A stretch of 64,000 nt of DNA from Patellaria atrata CBS 101060 (taxonomy: Eukaryota). Made by a program: the position numbers and the translations under genes. Positions 52,117-64,000 of the stretch are shown here, in pieces (positions within the stretch are counted from its first letter, which is position 1; every line of letters begins with the position of its first letter). Under the pieces are notes generated by a model. It worked only from the letters and a program-made list of their open reading frames with translations, searched no databases and was not told the DNA's origin. The DNA lies in contig MU006092.1 in assembly GCA_010093705.1 (NCBI GenBank), positions 1,578,111 to 1,642,110 of the forward strand. The letters are read 5' to 3'.

Positions 52117-52389
52117 TGTGACAACCTAGCTCTACGGTCGTAGGAGAGAGTGTAGGAGAGAGTATAGCGGAATTGGTGTTTGTCACAATTTCACGGTTTA
52201 CAGTTTTACAGTAGAACTCTTTTGGGGAGCGGGGAGTCATCACCACCGAGCCCCTCCACAAGAACTACTCCGAAGACGACCCGTATCGAGCAGTCCTTCC
52301 ACAGTAAATTCTCTCCTCTTCTTGCAAAAACAACCTCTTTCATTACGATCTCATTCCATATGCTTGGACATAGATAGCATATCGCAACC
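52117..52389. promoter_or_regulatory. Probable bidirectional promoter between FRS2 and RPC34, with a 12-bp tandem repeat (gtaggagagagt x2 at about 52140-52163)
   Basis: Head-to-head ATGs separated by only 273 bp. Confidence 0.6.
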
Positions 52390-53492
52390 ATGGCTTCCTC
52401 GTCTGCGGGTAAGGGAGCGAAGAAATACCAACTCTACGATAAATGCGAAAGAGCGCCACCGAAAACCATATTTTTCCAAACAGACTTAACAAACTATGGT
52501 GTCGCCTCAGATCTCACTGATTTACTAAACATATGTCAGGCCTTAGTGGCCGAACAACTCTTCCAGCAATTGGAGTCTGATGGTTCCGCATGCTGGAGGC
52601 TACGATCGAGGGAGGATGCCGCAAAGTGAGTAACTCTACCACGCCTCCGTCTTCGTGGATATCCGAATTAGTATCTAACGTCTAGCCTCCCAGAATCCGT
52701 GCCTTGACTAATGACGAACGAATTATCTATGGCCATATCGAATCTGCCGGCCAGACGCCCATCTGGTTGAAGACGATAAAGCGGCAAACGAACATGCATC
52801 AAAACACTGTTGACAAGGCAGTGCGAAGCTTGGAGACCAAAATGCTCATCAAGTCCATTACTTCACGCAGTAGGAGGATGTACATGCTCGCGCACCTTGA
52901 GCCGTGCACCGACATCTCTGGTTCCGGCTGGCACAGCGAGGGCGAGCTTGACATCAGCTTGATCGAGCATGCCTGCATGCTCACAATCCAGTATGTGCGC
53001 GACAAATCCTGGGCAGAGCAAAAGCTTCCAGCATCTATCTTGAAATCCAGCATTGATGCAAAGAAGCGCGCCGTATCCGCAGCCAAGCAGAACCCCAAAG
53101 CTAAAGCTAATTCCCCCAAATATAAGCCCCGCCTCGGTCCTCATAATCGTCCTCTGATTCCTTTCCCGGCGGGCTGGCAACAATATCCCACTGCGGACGA
53201 TATTAGGGATCACCTTAACATTGAGGGCGTATTCTCTTTTGAGGTCACTGAGGACGACCTTAAGACTCTGCTCGACATGCTCGTCTTCGACGGCAAGCTG
53301 GAACGAATGGGTGCCAGAGGGTTCCGCAGCGTGCGCGAGCTTGAGAATGAGGATGACGAGATGAGTTCCGCTTTTGGCAATGGGCTCACCCAGGCACCGT
53401 GCGGACGCTGTCCTGTTTTCACTCTTTGTGAGGAGGGTGGGCCTGTGAACGCGAGTAACTGTGTTTATTTCGACGAGTGGCTCAAGTTCTAG
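52390..53492 (+). CDS. RPC34: RNA polymerase III subunit RPC34/RPC6 (exons 52390-52625, 52694-53492)
   Basis: ERIIYGHIESAG..IWLKTIK; LETKMLIKSI..YMLAHLEP; GSGWHSEGELD; LVFDGKLE; C-terminal Fe-S motif PCGRCPVFTLC..NCVYFDEWL. Confidence 0.95.
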
Positions 53493-54239
53493 TTCTAGCT
53501 CGCTCTTACGGTATATCTCTTCCGTTTTTTCTTTCTTGGAATTTAGGAGTTGGTATTTGCAGCATTTTGTTGGAGTCCGGAAGGGTCAGAAAGGTATCGT
53601 GCATTTCCGTGGTGTTTTCGATACCCCTATACACCGAAAAGGACTCGATGTCCATCCACGCAATGTCAGCCCAGATATGGCATAAACCGGGACCCTCTTA
53701 TGTGTTAGACAGAAAATGGTAACCGACTACAGCCCCATACCGTTCGAGTAGTACTCAATACTTTCATCTCATTGTATATGATGAAATTATTTATTGATTT
53801 TGATATGTTGAGGTCCTTTACAGTAATGGAGATGTACCGCTAATGCAGCCGAGGTCGTCATAAAAATCCGTACCTTACTGGTTTATATCTGATTACCACC
53901 ACACATCGGACTAAACCTGTCGGTATCTTCTGGACTTGCCTCTGTTTGGAAAGAATACAGAGCTATGACAATGTAAAGAGACCTACAAATCCTCTTGGCT
54001 ACATTAGCTGGAGCCGCGCAATACGAGATTTGACGGAACGAGTGAACGACGGCAAACCTCTCCTCTGTCCGTCAGTTTGTTCCTGGACCTGTAAAGCTCA
54101 TCAGTTCAAAGGAGACTGCCATCCTGGGAATCGGAAATCCTTCGGTCACCATGGTGGGGCCGTAGCTGTAGAATTATCATTGTGAAGAACTTATACTTAC
54201 AACTTTCTCCAGGAGACCCCGCAAAGCGACGCGAACCAT

Positions 54240-54725
54240 ATGACTACCCCCGAAACCACCGCCTCTACGCCAGCACCTATCATAGATTCGGAAACACCTG
54301 CTATATCGACAACAACTGAATTAGAGCAGTCGACAGTGCCTAAGAAAAGGGGCCCCAAACTAAAAAGCCTTTCCGAGAGACCGTACCAAGCACCCAAAGC
54401 GCGGAAGAGGAGGGTCCATTCGTACACGCGAGAACAAAAAGTAGAGGTGCTGATGTGGTTGGAGCATCACAAGGTCAACTACATGCGGTACACGGGGTAC
54501 GCGCGGCCATTGATACCGGACATACGTAAACCAACGCAGCGAGAGGCAGCAGATTTCTTCAAGATCAGTCTGTCTACGGTCAGTGAATGGTGTCGGAATC
54601 GGCAGAAGATCTTGGAGCAGCCGGTCGGAACGAGGAGATCGAAGAAGGATAAAGCAGCGGCGGCGGCGACGGCGGCAGCAGCAGTGGCAAGAGAAGCAGC
54701 TACTCTGACGCCGACGGTGACGTAA
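54240..54725 (+). CDS. Small helix-turn-helix DNA-binding protein (CENP-B N-terminal / Brinker-like HTH)
   Basis: RKRRVHSYTREQKVEVL...TQREAADFFKISLSTVSEWCRNRQKI; basic NLS-like PKKRGPK; Ala-rich tail. Confidence 0.7.
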   Translation: MTTPETTASTPAPIIDSETPAISTTTELEQSTVPKKRGPKLKSLSERPYQAPKARKRRVHSYTREQKVEVLMWLEHHKVNYMRYTGYARPLIPDIRKPTQREAADFFKISLSTVSEWCRNRQKILEQPVGTRRSKKDKAAAAATAAAAVAREAATLTPTVT

Positions 54726-55374
54726 ACAGCTATATCCACGCCGGCTGCGTCGTGAATGGGATGCTAAGGTAGGGTCTATGGAAAAAGGGAAGGTGTTTTT
54801 GGCGCCTATGCTGTCTATCTACTGATGTATCTGCGCGGTTCTATGGCAGGGGATGGCGAAATCTCCTCTATTGGAGGAAATAATGACTGACAAAATACAA
54901 TCTGTCTTGATAAAGGTAACATCCCGATTTTATTTGGAAATACCGTGATGCACCCGGCTTCAATCTGTTATACATAAAAAAAGCAACAATAACAACATCC
55001 CTAGACTCCTTTAGGGTAACCGTATAGCAAACCATGCTTCGCCATGTCACGGTGGGGGAGAATCAGCCACAAGTTCGGTGAACATTCGGTTGGCGATACA
55101 AAAGCACAACAGACGGTGAATTTCCGAATAAGAGAAAAAAAGGGTGTGGAGGTTTTGTTTATATTTTTCCCTAGCGCCAATCCGGCTCCGGGTCCTTGGT
55201 CTATTCCGATTGCCTACCCTTTGGATGGTGGGGTATAGACATTTACATTGAAGACTCAGCATATTACAGGCTTGGTGAACATCCTTATGCTCCATACGCA
55301 AGTACGATTATGCTGAGGAGGGTGTCAATGTGTATGAAAGAATGATATTCAATTTCTCCGTCTCGCCCACTCTA

Positions 55375-57276
55375 CTATACTTTACATAATCTCCCATCCT
55401 GCGTGGGCGCTCCTGGGCTCCCTCTAACCTCCCACTCTTCACTCCCTACTCCGGTAATGGCGTAAAAGACCCCCCAAGGATCGGTGGCTTTCTTGATCTG
55501 CAACAGTCTTGCATAATTCTTTCCATAGAAACTCTGCTGAAAATTCGGCTCCTCAGTATCCGCCTCATTCATGTAAGCGCCTGACGTTGGCGTCACATCC
55601 CTCCACTTCTGGATAAACTGATCTAGACGCTTATGGTTCGCGGCCCACTCCGCCGGTGGACCCGTGTACGATGCAGTGTCAAAACCAGTGGCATGTGCCA
55701 CCGCGGTCCGGAATGCCGGGTTCAGCGCAGAGTCAGTGCCGGGCCAGCCGGCAATCTTGTTGGTGGCGCCGAAGTTGACCGAGTGGAACATATATCCACC
55801 GTCTTCGACGAAGGATCGGATTGCGGCGATAGTGTTTTTGAAGAGCGTGCTATTCGGGTTTGCGAAGTTTTCACGGGGGAAGAGCCGAGAGCCGAAGCGA
55901 CTACCACCTCCACCACCGGCGGTGCCGTACCTTGAACGACCGAAGGAGCCGTAGTTGGTGAACGAGCTTGGGCGCGGTATGCTTATCTTTATACCGACCT
56001 CTTCCAAATCAGCATGGAGAGGAGCCATGAATTCAATGGACCTTTCAGCATTCATGCCGGGGAGAGAGGCGGTCAGGGTAAACGAGAAGGAATTACGACC
56101 ACTCGTTCTGATATAATCGTACCCAACACCGCCGGCATCACACATACGATTCACATGAGAAAAGAAGACGTCAATGCCTTTCCAGAAGACTGTTTCTGAG
56201 ACGGTCGTTGTAGAAAACTCTAAGGGGTAGTCCGTTATTTCGATCACAGGGAATGCTTTTAGTACGACCGAAGTCACGATACCGAATGTGCCTCAAATTC
56301 GATTAGTTCAAATTGTTCTAGTTGCAGGTTTCATGGACTTACTCCCTCCTCCACCCCGAAGGGCCCAAAACAGATCCATGTTTTCTGTTGGGGAAACATG
56401 GACGAAACGCCCATCCGCTGTTACCACTTCCAGAGACAATACGTGGTCGCTCATCAGTCCATATAGGGAGGACATAGCAGAATGACCACCTCCTTGGAGA
56501 AAACCACCTGTCAATCCAACCGTAGCACCGCCTGGGCCCGGGATGGTGAAGTTGTAAGTTTCCATAAGGCGGTAAAGTTCGTAGGCCATGTAACCAACTC
56601 CGAGCTTCACTGCACCGCCTCGATACTGTCCTGTACTAAAGTTTGGCAGATATTCAAAATCCTTAAGATGGTGTGTCCACACACTAAGCGAACCGCCGCC
56701 GGTGGACCGTCCTAGGAAGTCATGACCAGTATTCTTGATATTCAACCGCACATTTGCGTTCCTCGCAAAGTTGACCGCCAGCTGGATCTGCTTTACGGAT
56801 GTTGCGTTAACGACATAAGCCGGGTATCCGTTCAGACTGCAAACGCCATCCTCTGGTACAGTTCGTGTCGGGACTGGACATGAATTGCCGGTAGCCCACT
56901 GCGCCATGGTCAAGGTCGGATCGTCTGTAAAGAAGTTACCATTGCGGGAATTGACTCGAACTTGGTTGCATTTTGCTGAGCTGAAGTACTCCCCAGGATA
57001 GCAAACAGCTTGTGGCGGGACACCTGGTAACAAAGCACCTCCCATGCTATCATCTAATGCTTCCCATCTCGATTTACTTGGCCACTTAGAGTCACCGGGA
57101 AATGCTTTGCACTCTTCAGCATTGTTAACCGGAGCGCGAGCGTCCCCGAACGCCAGGTCTGGGTTACCGGCAACATCTGCTTCCGAAAGTTGAGCACGTT
57201 CATACTGGAAGTTGTAGCATGTCACCCTGTGTAGGAGTGCCAGAGCGAGGGGGACGCATGAAGGTGACCAGCGCAT
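55375..57276 (-). CDS. Secreted FAD-linked oxidoreductase (BBE-like) (exons 57276-56343, 56291-55375)
   Basis: Signal peptide; CKAFPGDSKWP; RLNIKNTGHDFLGRS; GFLQGGGHS; LFWALRGGGG|STFG; AYMNEAD..FYGKNYARLLQIKKATDP. Confidence 0.95.
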
Positions 57277-60200
57277 TTTCAAGCTTTCTTTGCTGCTGCG
57301 TCTGAAAAACCACAGGAAAAAGGGAAATGAAGTCGGAACGAGAAGACAGATAGGAATGCTCCCAGTCTAGATTATAAAATCTGTTCGTATCAGAGCTGTT
57401 TTCTGAGAAAGCCCATCTGTCCGGTAAGTCATCAGCGCCCACTCGTGGTCACACCCGAGCGGGTAAAGATACAAGTTTACCATCTGCCTATTGAAATACG
57501 AGAGTACTATGTTACTATGTAGATTTCTATACAGTGAAGTCTGGTCTTCTACCGGAACCCAGCAAACGCGGTGCGTGGTGGAACATTGGCACCAATATAC
57601 ATATATTAACCGTGACCCAAGTACAAGCATCCGCCTAGGATTAGATCGGGTAGAGCTCGTGTCCATAGTAGATAAGAATTTGAAATTTGGTAGGCAAATC
57701 CAGGAATCCGGAATGGGGCAATATCGAAAGGCTCCCACGCCGATAAGTTGGAAGATGAGTGTTGATGAGGCTGTTAATAACTATTTTATAGCTCTAGAAC
57801 TATAGGATTTTCCACCTAACGAAAAACAGTACAGTACTAAATGACGTAGCTATAAATAGGATTCTTTAGCGTAACTATCTGTATTTCATTTACAGAGAGT
57901 AAGTTGCACTTATTAAGGTAGCCTTGGTGCCTTACTGGCGAAGACGCAGTCTTTTGTCAGCGGCGTTCAAAGATTCAATTTGTGACTGTGAAGCAAACCT
58001 GCCAAGGTCCTATCCAGTTCCACTTTCCTGCTCGCAAATGTCAAATCTTCTTCTTGAGTACATTGCATCGGCGGTATTGTCATCCAGAGCATCACCGATG
58101 AGCGAGACCGACCGCCGTCAGGGGAGATTTTCCACACACCTTCGGTCGATGCACCCGCATTTGGCAATCAGTATGACCGCAAATCAACACGGATGCCGGC
58201 AGATATCTTGCTAAAGCTGCTATCAATCATCCACGGCCCGTCGCTGCTACTGTACCTACACTATAGAAGCGAGCAAGCGAGCAAGCGCGATGCCTAAATG
58301 TCGACGAAGACAGACTGCAGCACTAGTCAGGTCGTGGATGCTGATACCTGCATAATCTGATAATATATCTGGGTTGGGTATTTGTATTTCCGCTATTCAT
58401 CCCACCGGCGAAGGTCTTGGCTTAGCCTTGTTCAGAAGCAGATCTTTCGCGGGATAATATAAGAAATTATCTGCTAGTAAAGAGTTAGGTGGTGGGACCG
58501 TGCTATATGTTGAATTATTATGGAGGAGTTGCTTCTGCATGTCGTACTTGTGGGGCCTCACGTCGTAGGATTTATATCGAAGGACAAGGCAATCCAGTCA
58601 GTGAGTAGAAGAAATTTATATTTGCAGCTTTCAGAGAGCCGGTTGAGCAGATGCTTTCCTCGTATGGTTCATACTATTCTGTTCCTTCTCAGCAGTCAGT
58701 CTTCTTAATCACGCTACACGTAGTCCACCAGGATACAAGGATTCCTTTCACATTCCCACCCCTTCATCATTATGTGGGGATTAGATTTCAGGATGGGTTA
58801 AAACCGAATTGTATACTGATCTTTCTTTTTTCTGGAATGCGTCTTCAGTATGGCTGCATTCAGAAGAGAGAAGGTTAATAATGGTCAGATAGTAGACAGC
58901 CAATCCCTTAGGCGAATGGTTCATTTTCAGGTTAAAGTCCCAGTGAGTCCTTCTTTGATGATTGCTGTTCTTGTAACTTTTCAAGTCGTCAATACCAGGC
59001 TTTCAAAATCACACATAAGGCCCGGGGTGTAAGTGCAGCATAAGACGCCGATCGTCCTTTTCAACATCTCTTCCTTGCATACTTATCTGAACTAGCGTCT
59101 CGAATCAGAATGCGAGTCTCTATAGCCATCTTCTAACTTGCTCTCAACTGTCAAGAGTCCTACACCTTCACTATTCCGCACTAGCTCATCATAGTGTATA
59201 TACAAACCATTGAATCGAACAACAACGAGGTACAGTCCCATTCCGTGATCTATGCAATGCTCTACTGGTTTTCTATATTTTCTATTTCAAACCAGATTCC
59301 TGGACGTCAGCTTCAGACCTCGACGATATGCTCCGTTTTCACATACCTGCTATGACCCCTTCATGCAGGGTAACGTACACCGACCTATACCTATCGCCTC
59401 TGAACCGGGGCGAAGCAAGTAGAGTATTGCGCAAATTTTTCTGATTGGACCTCTCTAACGTGTTTTTAAACACAACTGGACATTTACTATTGCTGTTTGC
59501 TACACGAATAAAGCGAATGTACGCTCAAGTTTGTCACTTCCTTATCGCTCCACATTTGAAACTTATTATTTACCATTTCTGTTGCGGAAAGTCTTAAGTT
59601 AGTTGTACAAAGATATACCCTACAGTGTATGGAATATATTAGTGGCGAATTCTCCATCACTGTGCGATGATCGTACCGAGCGCCCCTTCTCACGGTTTCG
59701 ACTTTTCTCCGCTGTAAGCTCGATTGTACTATGTACGCGTTGCTGCGCACACGCGATTTTTAGAGCCGTACAGTTTTCATACGGTGCATGCGTTGTTTCC
59801 AGTCCCGAATCCTTTATAACCATACGCTTCATGTACTATGCACTCTTTGTTGTAGATCTGACTTTTCTACCGGTGGGCAGTCCCGGTATAGTACGCTCCT
59901 CACTCCCTTTCAATATTCCCAATTCGATACGCACTTCATGTGCAGCATTTTCGTTACTAGAATGATAACTCTCTTTACTATAGCATTTGCCTAATTCACG
60001 GTGTACTAATCAGCTTTTCCACGAATATTCTTGTTCATATTTCATATAGTCATCATATTCCCATATTTTTAAGTAAATCATCAATCTCCATTACAGTATG
60101 TTTGTACGTGGTTGCGCGAAAGGTTAATAAATTACGAGATTCCTTGACACATTGTCTGGACTTTATACTAACATGCGGTTGCTATCGCCACGTCCACCCT

Positions 60201-63200
60201 CGCTGTCTCCGCTCGACTGATCGTACTAGTGCGTGCTGCACAACCGTACTGGATTCACAAGCGTTACTAAAAAAAGAGATAACTAGGACTGAGGGTGTGC
60301 GCATAACCTCCTCGGCTTACGCTATCAAACAGGTCATGCCGGTTGATCTTTCCGAAAGACAGGGCCAGTTCTTGGGTTAGTACATATAACCCTCAGATCA
60401 AAGCTGCTGGCGTCGGCTTAAATAGCTGTCACTTTCTTTGACTGGATATTGAATTCCCTGCATTGTTTATAGCATTTGTACAAGTCAACCATTGGGGATA
60501 TCTCGAAGGATCTTAATCCGTTATTGAGCTCCAGGAGCTTTGTTCGGCTTGGACTAAGTACTACCTCATTTTAAGTGAATGCTCCACGTTATGGGAACGT
60601 GATATACCCAAGTTCTAGTGATCCTAAAAGGGTGAGCGTAGGGACGGGGGCTATTGTCGTGATATGTATTATAATAATCATCACCAGCACGCCTTGAAAG
60701 TGGACTTCACTAATAGAGGTTCGCAAGATATACATTACCAAAGTTAGGCCCGTAGATAGGAGCATCCGCATAGGAAATGTGAACTTACCTGAAAGAAAAA
60801 GGAATTAGGGGGAAGAACGATGCATCTACCTGTGGGTTTTATAAATCACCATGCATCAATCAGTTCCCCCTCTTATACTTCAGCATGCGAGTGACCAAAG
60901 GATGGAGCGCGTGCCAGGTTAGATAACATAGCCTCTACAGTCTCGAAATAGCCATCTCCTTTTATTTCCCCTTTTACAGATCGACAACTTTTTCTTAAAT
61001 TATCAGAAGCCGGGATCATCTCGGATTTGGCTTCAACCATCTCCAAAAACAAAATCAAACCACGCGAAATCACACGTATCGCATTCTCAATCAATTTCAG
61101 GGATGCTGCTCAAATAGCTATTCCCTCCTTCTACCGTTGGGTTTCTTCCTAGATCCACGATTCCCTCTGACAATAGGATAAATCGAGTTTACATAGCAAC
61201 CCTCTTACAATCAGTCTTTTGGTGGTTAGAAGTCTCTAGTAGCTGGATCGAGTTGTTGACGAATCGGTGATGGGATCTTTCCTCAGAGAATAGAGCCAGT
61301 GGATGGAATGACGGGTGATAGTATAGTGGTTAGTTCTATAGGAGCAGTGATGGTTATGAGTACGCTATCAGAATACATGTCATCGGCGGGAGGCGGAGAT
61401 GGGCATTATCGAGCACTAACCAGGGGATAGGACATGGGAATGGAAAGCTATACTTATCAGAATGGTAGTAAATGTGGTGAAGGAAACGGGCCTACATGGG
61501 ACATGGTACGACAACCAACTTCTCTTTCCTACTTCAGATCGGGATAATCAAAAGACGAAGCGCGTGCGTAACATCAAGCGCGTGTCTCATAATGAGAGGG
61601 TGCCTAGTATAAAATATACGTCCCGCAAGGGTATCTAGGGCCTTGCTTAAATAAATCTCGAGTTCTCCACTACTTTTCAGATCTATATCCCGCTCTTTAC
61701 TGTAACACCAGGAGCTATATACACCCGGAATGAGAGAATCTTCAAGATCTACAAAGGAAGTGTGGGATGTGGGGGAGCTTGCCCGGTTCGGGGACTTAAA
61801 GCCTTAACTGGAGGTTATAGGGGAGGGGATACTCCGCTTAGGTAATATCCAAGGAGTAGATCAGGAGAGTAGATTTCTCGTATGATTGAGGAAACCATCA
61901 TCATCATCCGCCAGTGGGTAGAAGTTCCTTATGCAGACATCATACTGCGATAGACTCGTAAAATATCATATCACAAGTTCCGGGAGAATCTGGAGATATC
62001 TCTTCGAGACGATCTGCGAGAACCGCCAAAATATTATTCCTGTTGCGGCGGAAGTGTCGAGCAATCTTGCCCGGAGCGGTGCACATTCGAATGCGAAGGG
62101 AGTTGTGGAAGACCTGAGGTCACATCTGTTGTCCACGCGCTATTAACTCACTATCATACACAGTATGCAGGTTGTCACAAGCGAAAGCGCATACCTAAAG
62201 CTGGGATCGCCAGGACGTAGAATAATCTCCGAGCTTTGGCATAGGTTAAGGCTCTCCTATTTCTTTACCCCAAACCTGTAATTCTCCTCGAGTCTCTAAA
62301 CCGTTTCAAGGTGGATGCGAAGAGACTGGAAACCCAAAACCCAAAAATGTGATTCTAGTGCATATGACCGAATGTATTACTGCTTGCCCCAAGAGCATGC
62401 TGCGAAGACGAAACCGAAAGTAGATCCAGGGCACTTTTGGGTAACGAGGGGGGTCGATTCTGCAGATGCTGTCTCTAATAAGGTGGCGAGCATGTTGATC
62501 ATCGTTACCACTCTGAAATTTTGGAGATTATTGGTGTTGTACGAAGAGAACTTGATGGATGCTGGTCAGGTGATAAGCGTATCAAGTGGAATCTCCGACT
62601 GACCTGAATGTTAGCAAGGGTATAGAAAGAACGTGTGCAGGTGAGGTGCTTACACTAATGATCGTTGTTCTATCATCATGGTATTTCGGAGAGTAAGAGA
62701 CAGCAAGTGTGCCTAAGCTAAGATCTTAAGATCTCGTAGACTTATCAGAGATTCGGGATGAATAGCGCTCATCTTCCTTTTTGACACAATAACTACATTC
62801 CTCCATTACTCTATGATGAAGTACCATAGAATGGGTATCATTGGGAATTATGGGAACCGAAGCAATGCATTCGAAGAAGAGTGCGAGGCGCAACCGCCTT
62901 GGTGCTAGTTATGTTAGACCATGGTGTGAGCAACGACTGGGTGGAGAATGTTGAGATATAATAGTGATAGATGGTAAGTTATACTGTGCTTCTACTACCA
63001 TGATGCGTGTAATCGGTGTAAGTACTTCTCAAAGATCGATATTGTCTCTAGTCAAGATAGATTTCATCTGATGTAGACCGGGTGAAAGGAGCAGTGGCGG
63101 AATCATAATCTTGCCTGAATTCGTGCGAAGCGCTGAGAAAATTAGGGATTGAGCATCGAGCCTTTATTATCAACTGAAATGACCGAGATTTTTTCGAGTT

Positions 63201-64000
63201 GTAGGGAAGGAATCACCCGTTTCGCCAAATCGCGAGATTAAGGTTTGACAACTCCTACGCAGAATCGGACAATGAGAAAATGAAGTGAACGGCACAGCAA
63301 ACAACTAACTGCTTCATGAGTTCTCTCAATGCCATAAGTATTCATCTCGGTGACCAATGCTCATAACATGGATCGTGAAGAGGCTCGAAACTAACCGATA
63401 GTGGGTAGGAGCTCACATGAGGATACTTGCGTGTTGTGACCGGACCATCACACCCTTGATTTAGAGGAAAAGATGTTGGGGGTTACAGATTTGAGAGATA
63501 TGATGAAGAAGACAGTCAGTAATTACCGATTGGTCACGTCTGGAGAATACAGGACTGGTCATTACCGGGGAAAAAAGTCCATTTTGAGAGGATATGATAC
63601 TGCACCACCAGCACAGCTATTAGAGTGTAACGTATTTGGACGATGCGCGTAGAATATACGCATAGTATGCAAATTGGTCACATTGAAGGCACAAGGGAGA
63701 AATGATCTAGTAGTAAGTTAATACAACGATGTTTCCTTGACCTCATGGATGCGACTAGTCTACCCTGTGCACAACCGTATTGAGAGTGACATCCTAAGGT
63801 GTGATTGAGAGAGAATGAATAAAGGTTTTGCAGAAGATCACGAGATTTTGACGAGAAGTGTTCGTGGGTTATCATTAGCGTCTATTTACTTCTATTAGAG
63901 GTAATGTAGACAAGGCATAACTGGATGGAATAGGAGGATGTAAGATTTCTGATAGCGCACCAGGCGCTTTATAGTTTGATTACGTACTGATACAACATGC

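Noticed and set aside
40979..57276. LovD-like esterase and second BBE-like oxidase as a second biosynthetic cluster
   Set aside because: No backbone enzyme, and interspersed with FRS2, RPC34 and other core genes
1..64000. tRNA, rRNA, CRISPR arrays and intact transposons
   Set aside because: No cloverleaf, regular repeat-spacer array, RT, integrase or DDE domain recognised by eye; tRNAscan-SE and Infernal would be needed to exclude small RNAs

Overview
Intron-containing genomic DNA from a filamentous ascomycete (Eurotiomycete-like by protein style; inference), with about 18 genes plus one pseudogene. The left end (1-11.1 kb) is the right-hand part of a probable terpenoid biosynthetic gene cluster that runs off the window. 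It comprises a cytochrome P450, a membrane UbiA-type terpene cyclase candidate of the Fma-TC type, a PTH11-like membrane protein and a BBE-like flavin oxidase ending in HDEL. A gene-poor stretch follows, then a small secreted cysteine-rich protein and a dihydroxy-acid dehydratase with an 8-nt microexon and no evident mitochondrial presequence. The rest is mostly housekeeping or general genes: an alpha/beta-hydrolase fused to a DUSP11-like phosphatase, a Nudix hydrolase, a CYT-4/DSS1-like RNase II protein, a Zn2Cys6 factor, a carboxylesterase, U2AF small subunit, a LovD-like esterase, PheRS alpha head-to-head with RPC34, an orphan HTH protein and a second BBE-like oxidase. A frameshifted F-box-like pseudogene lies at 48-50 kb. 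No tRNA, rRNA, CRISPR array or intact transposon was recognised. Exon boundaries were derived by hand from splice signals and reading-frame continuity.
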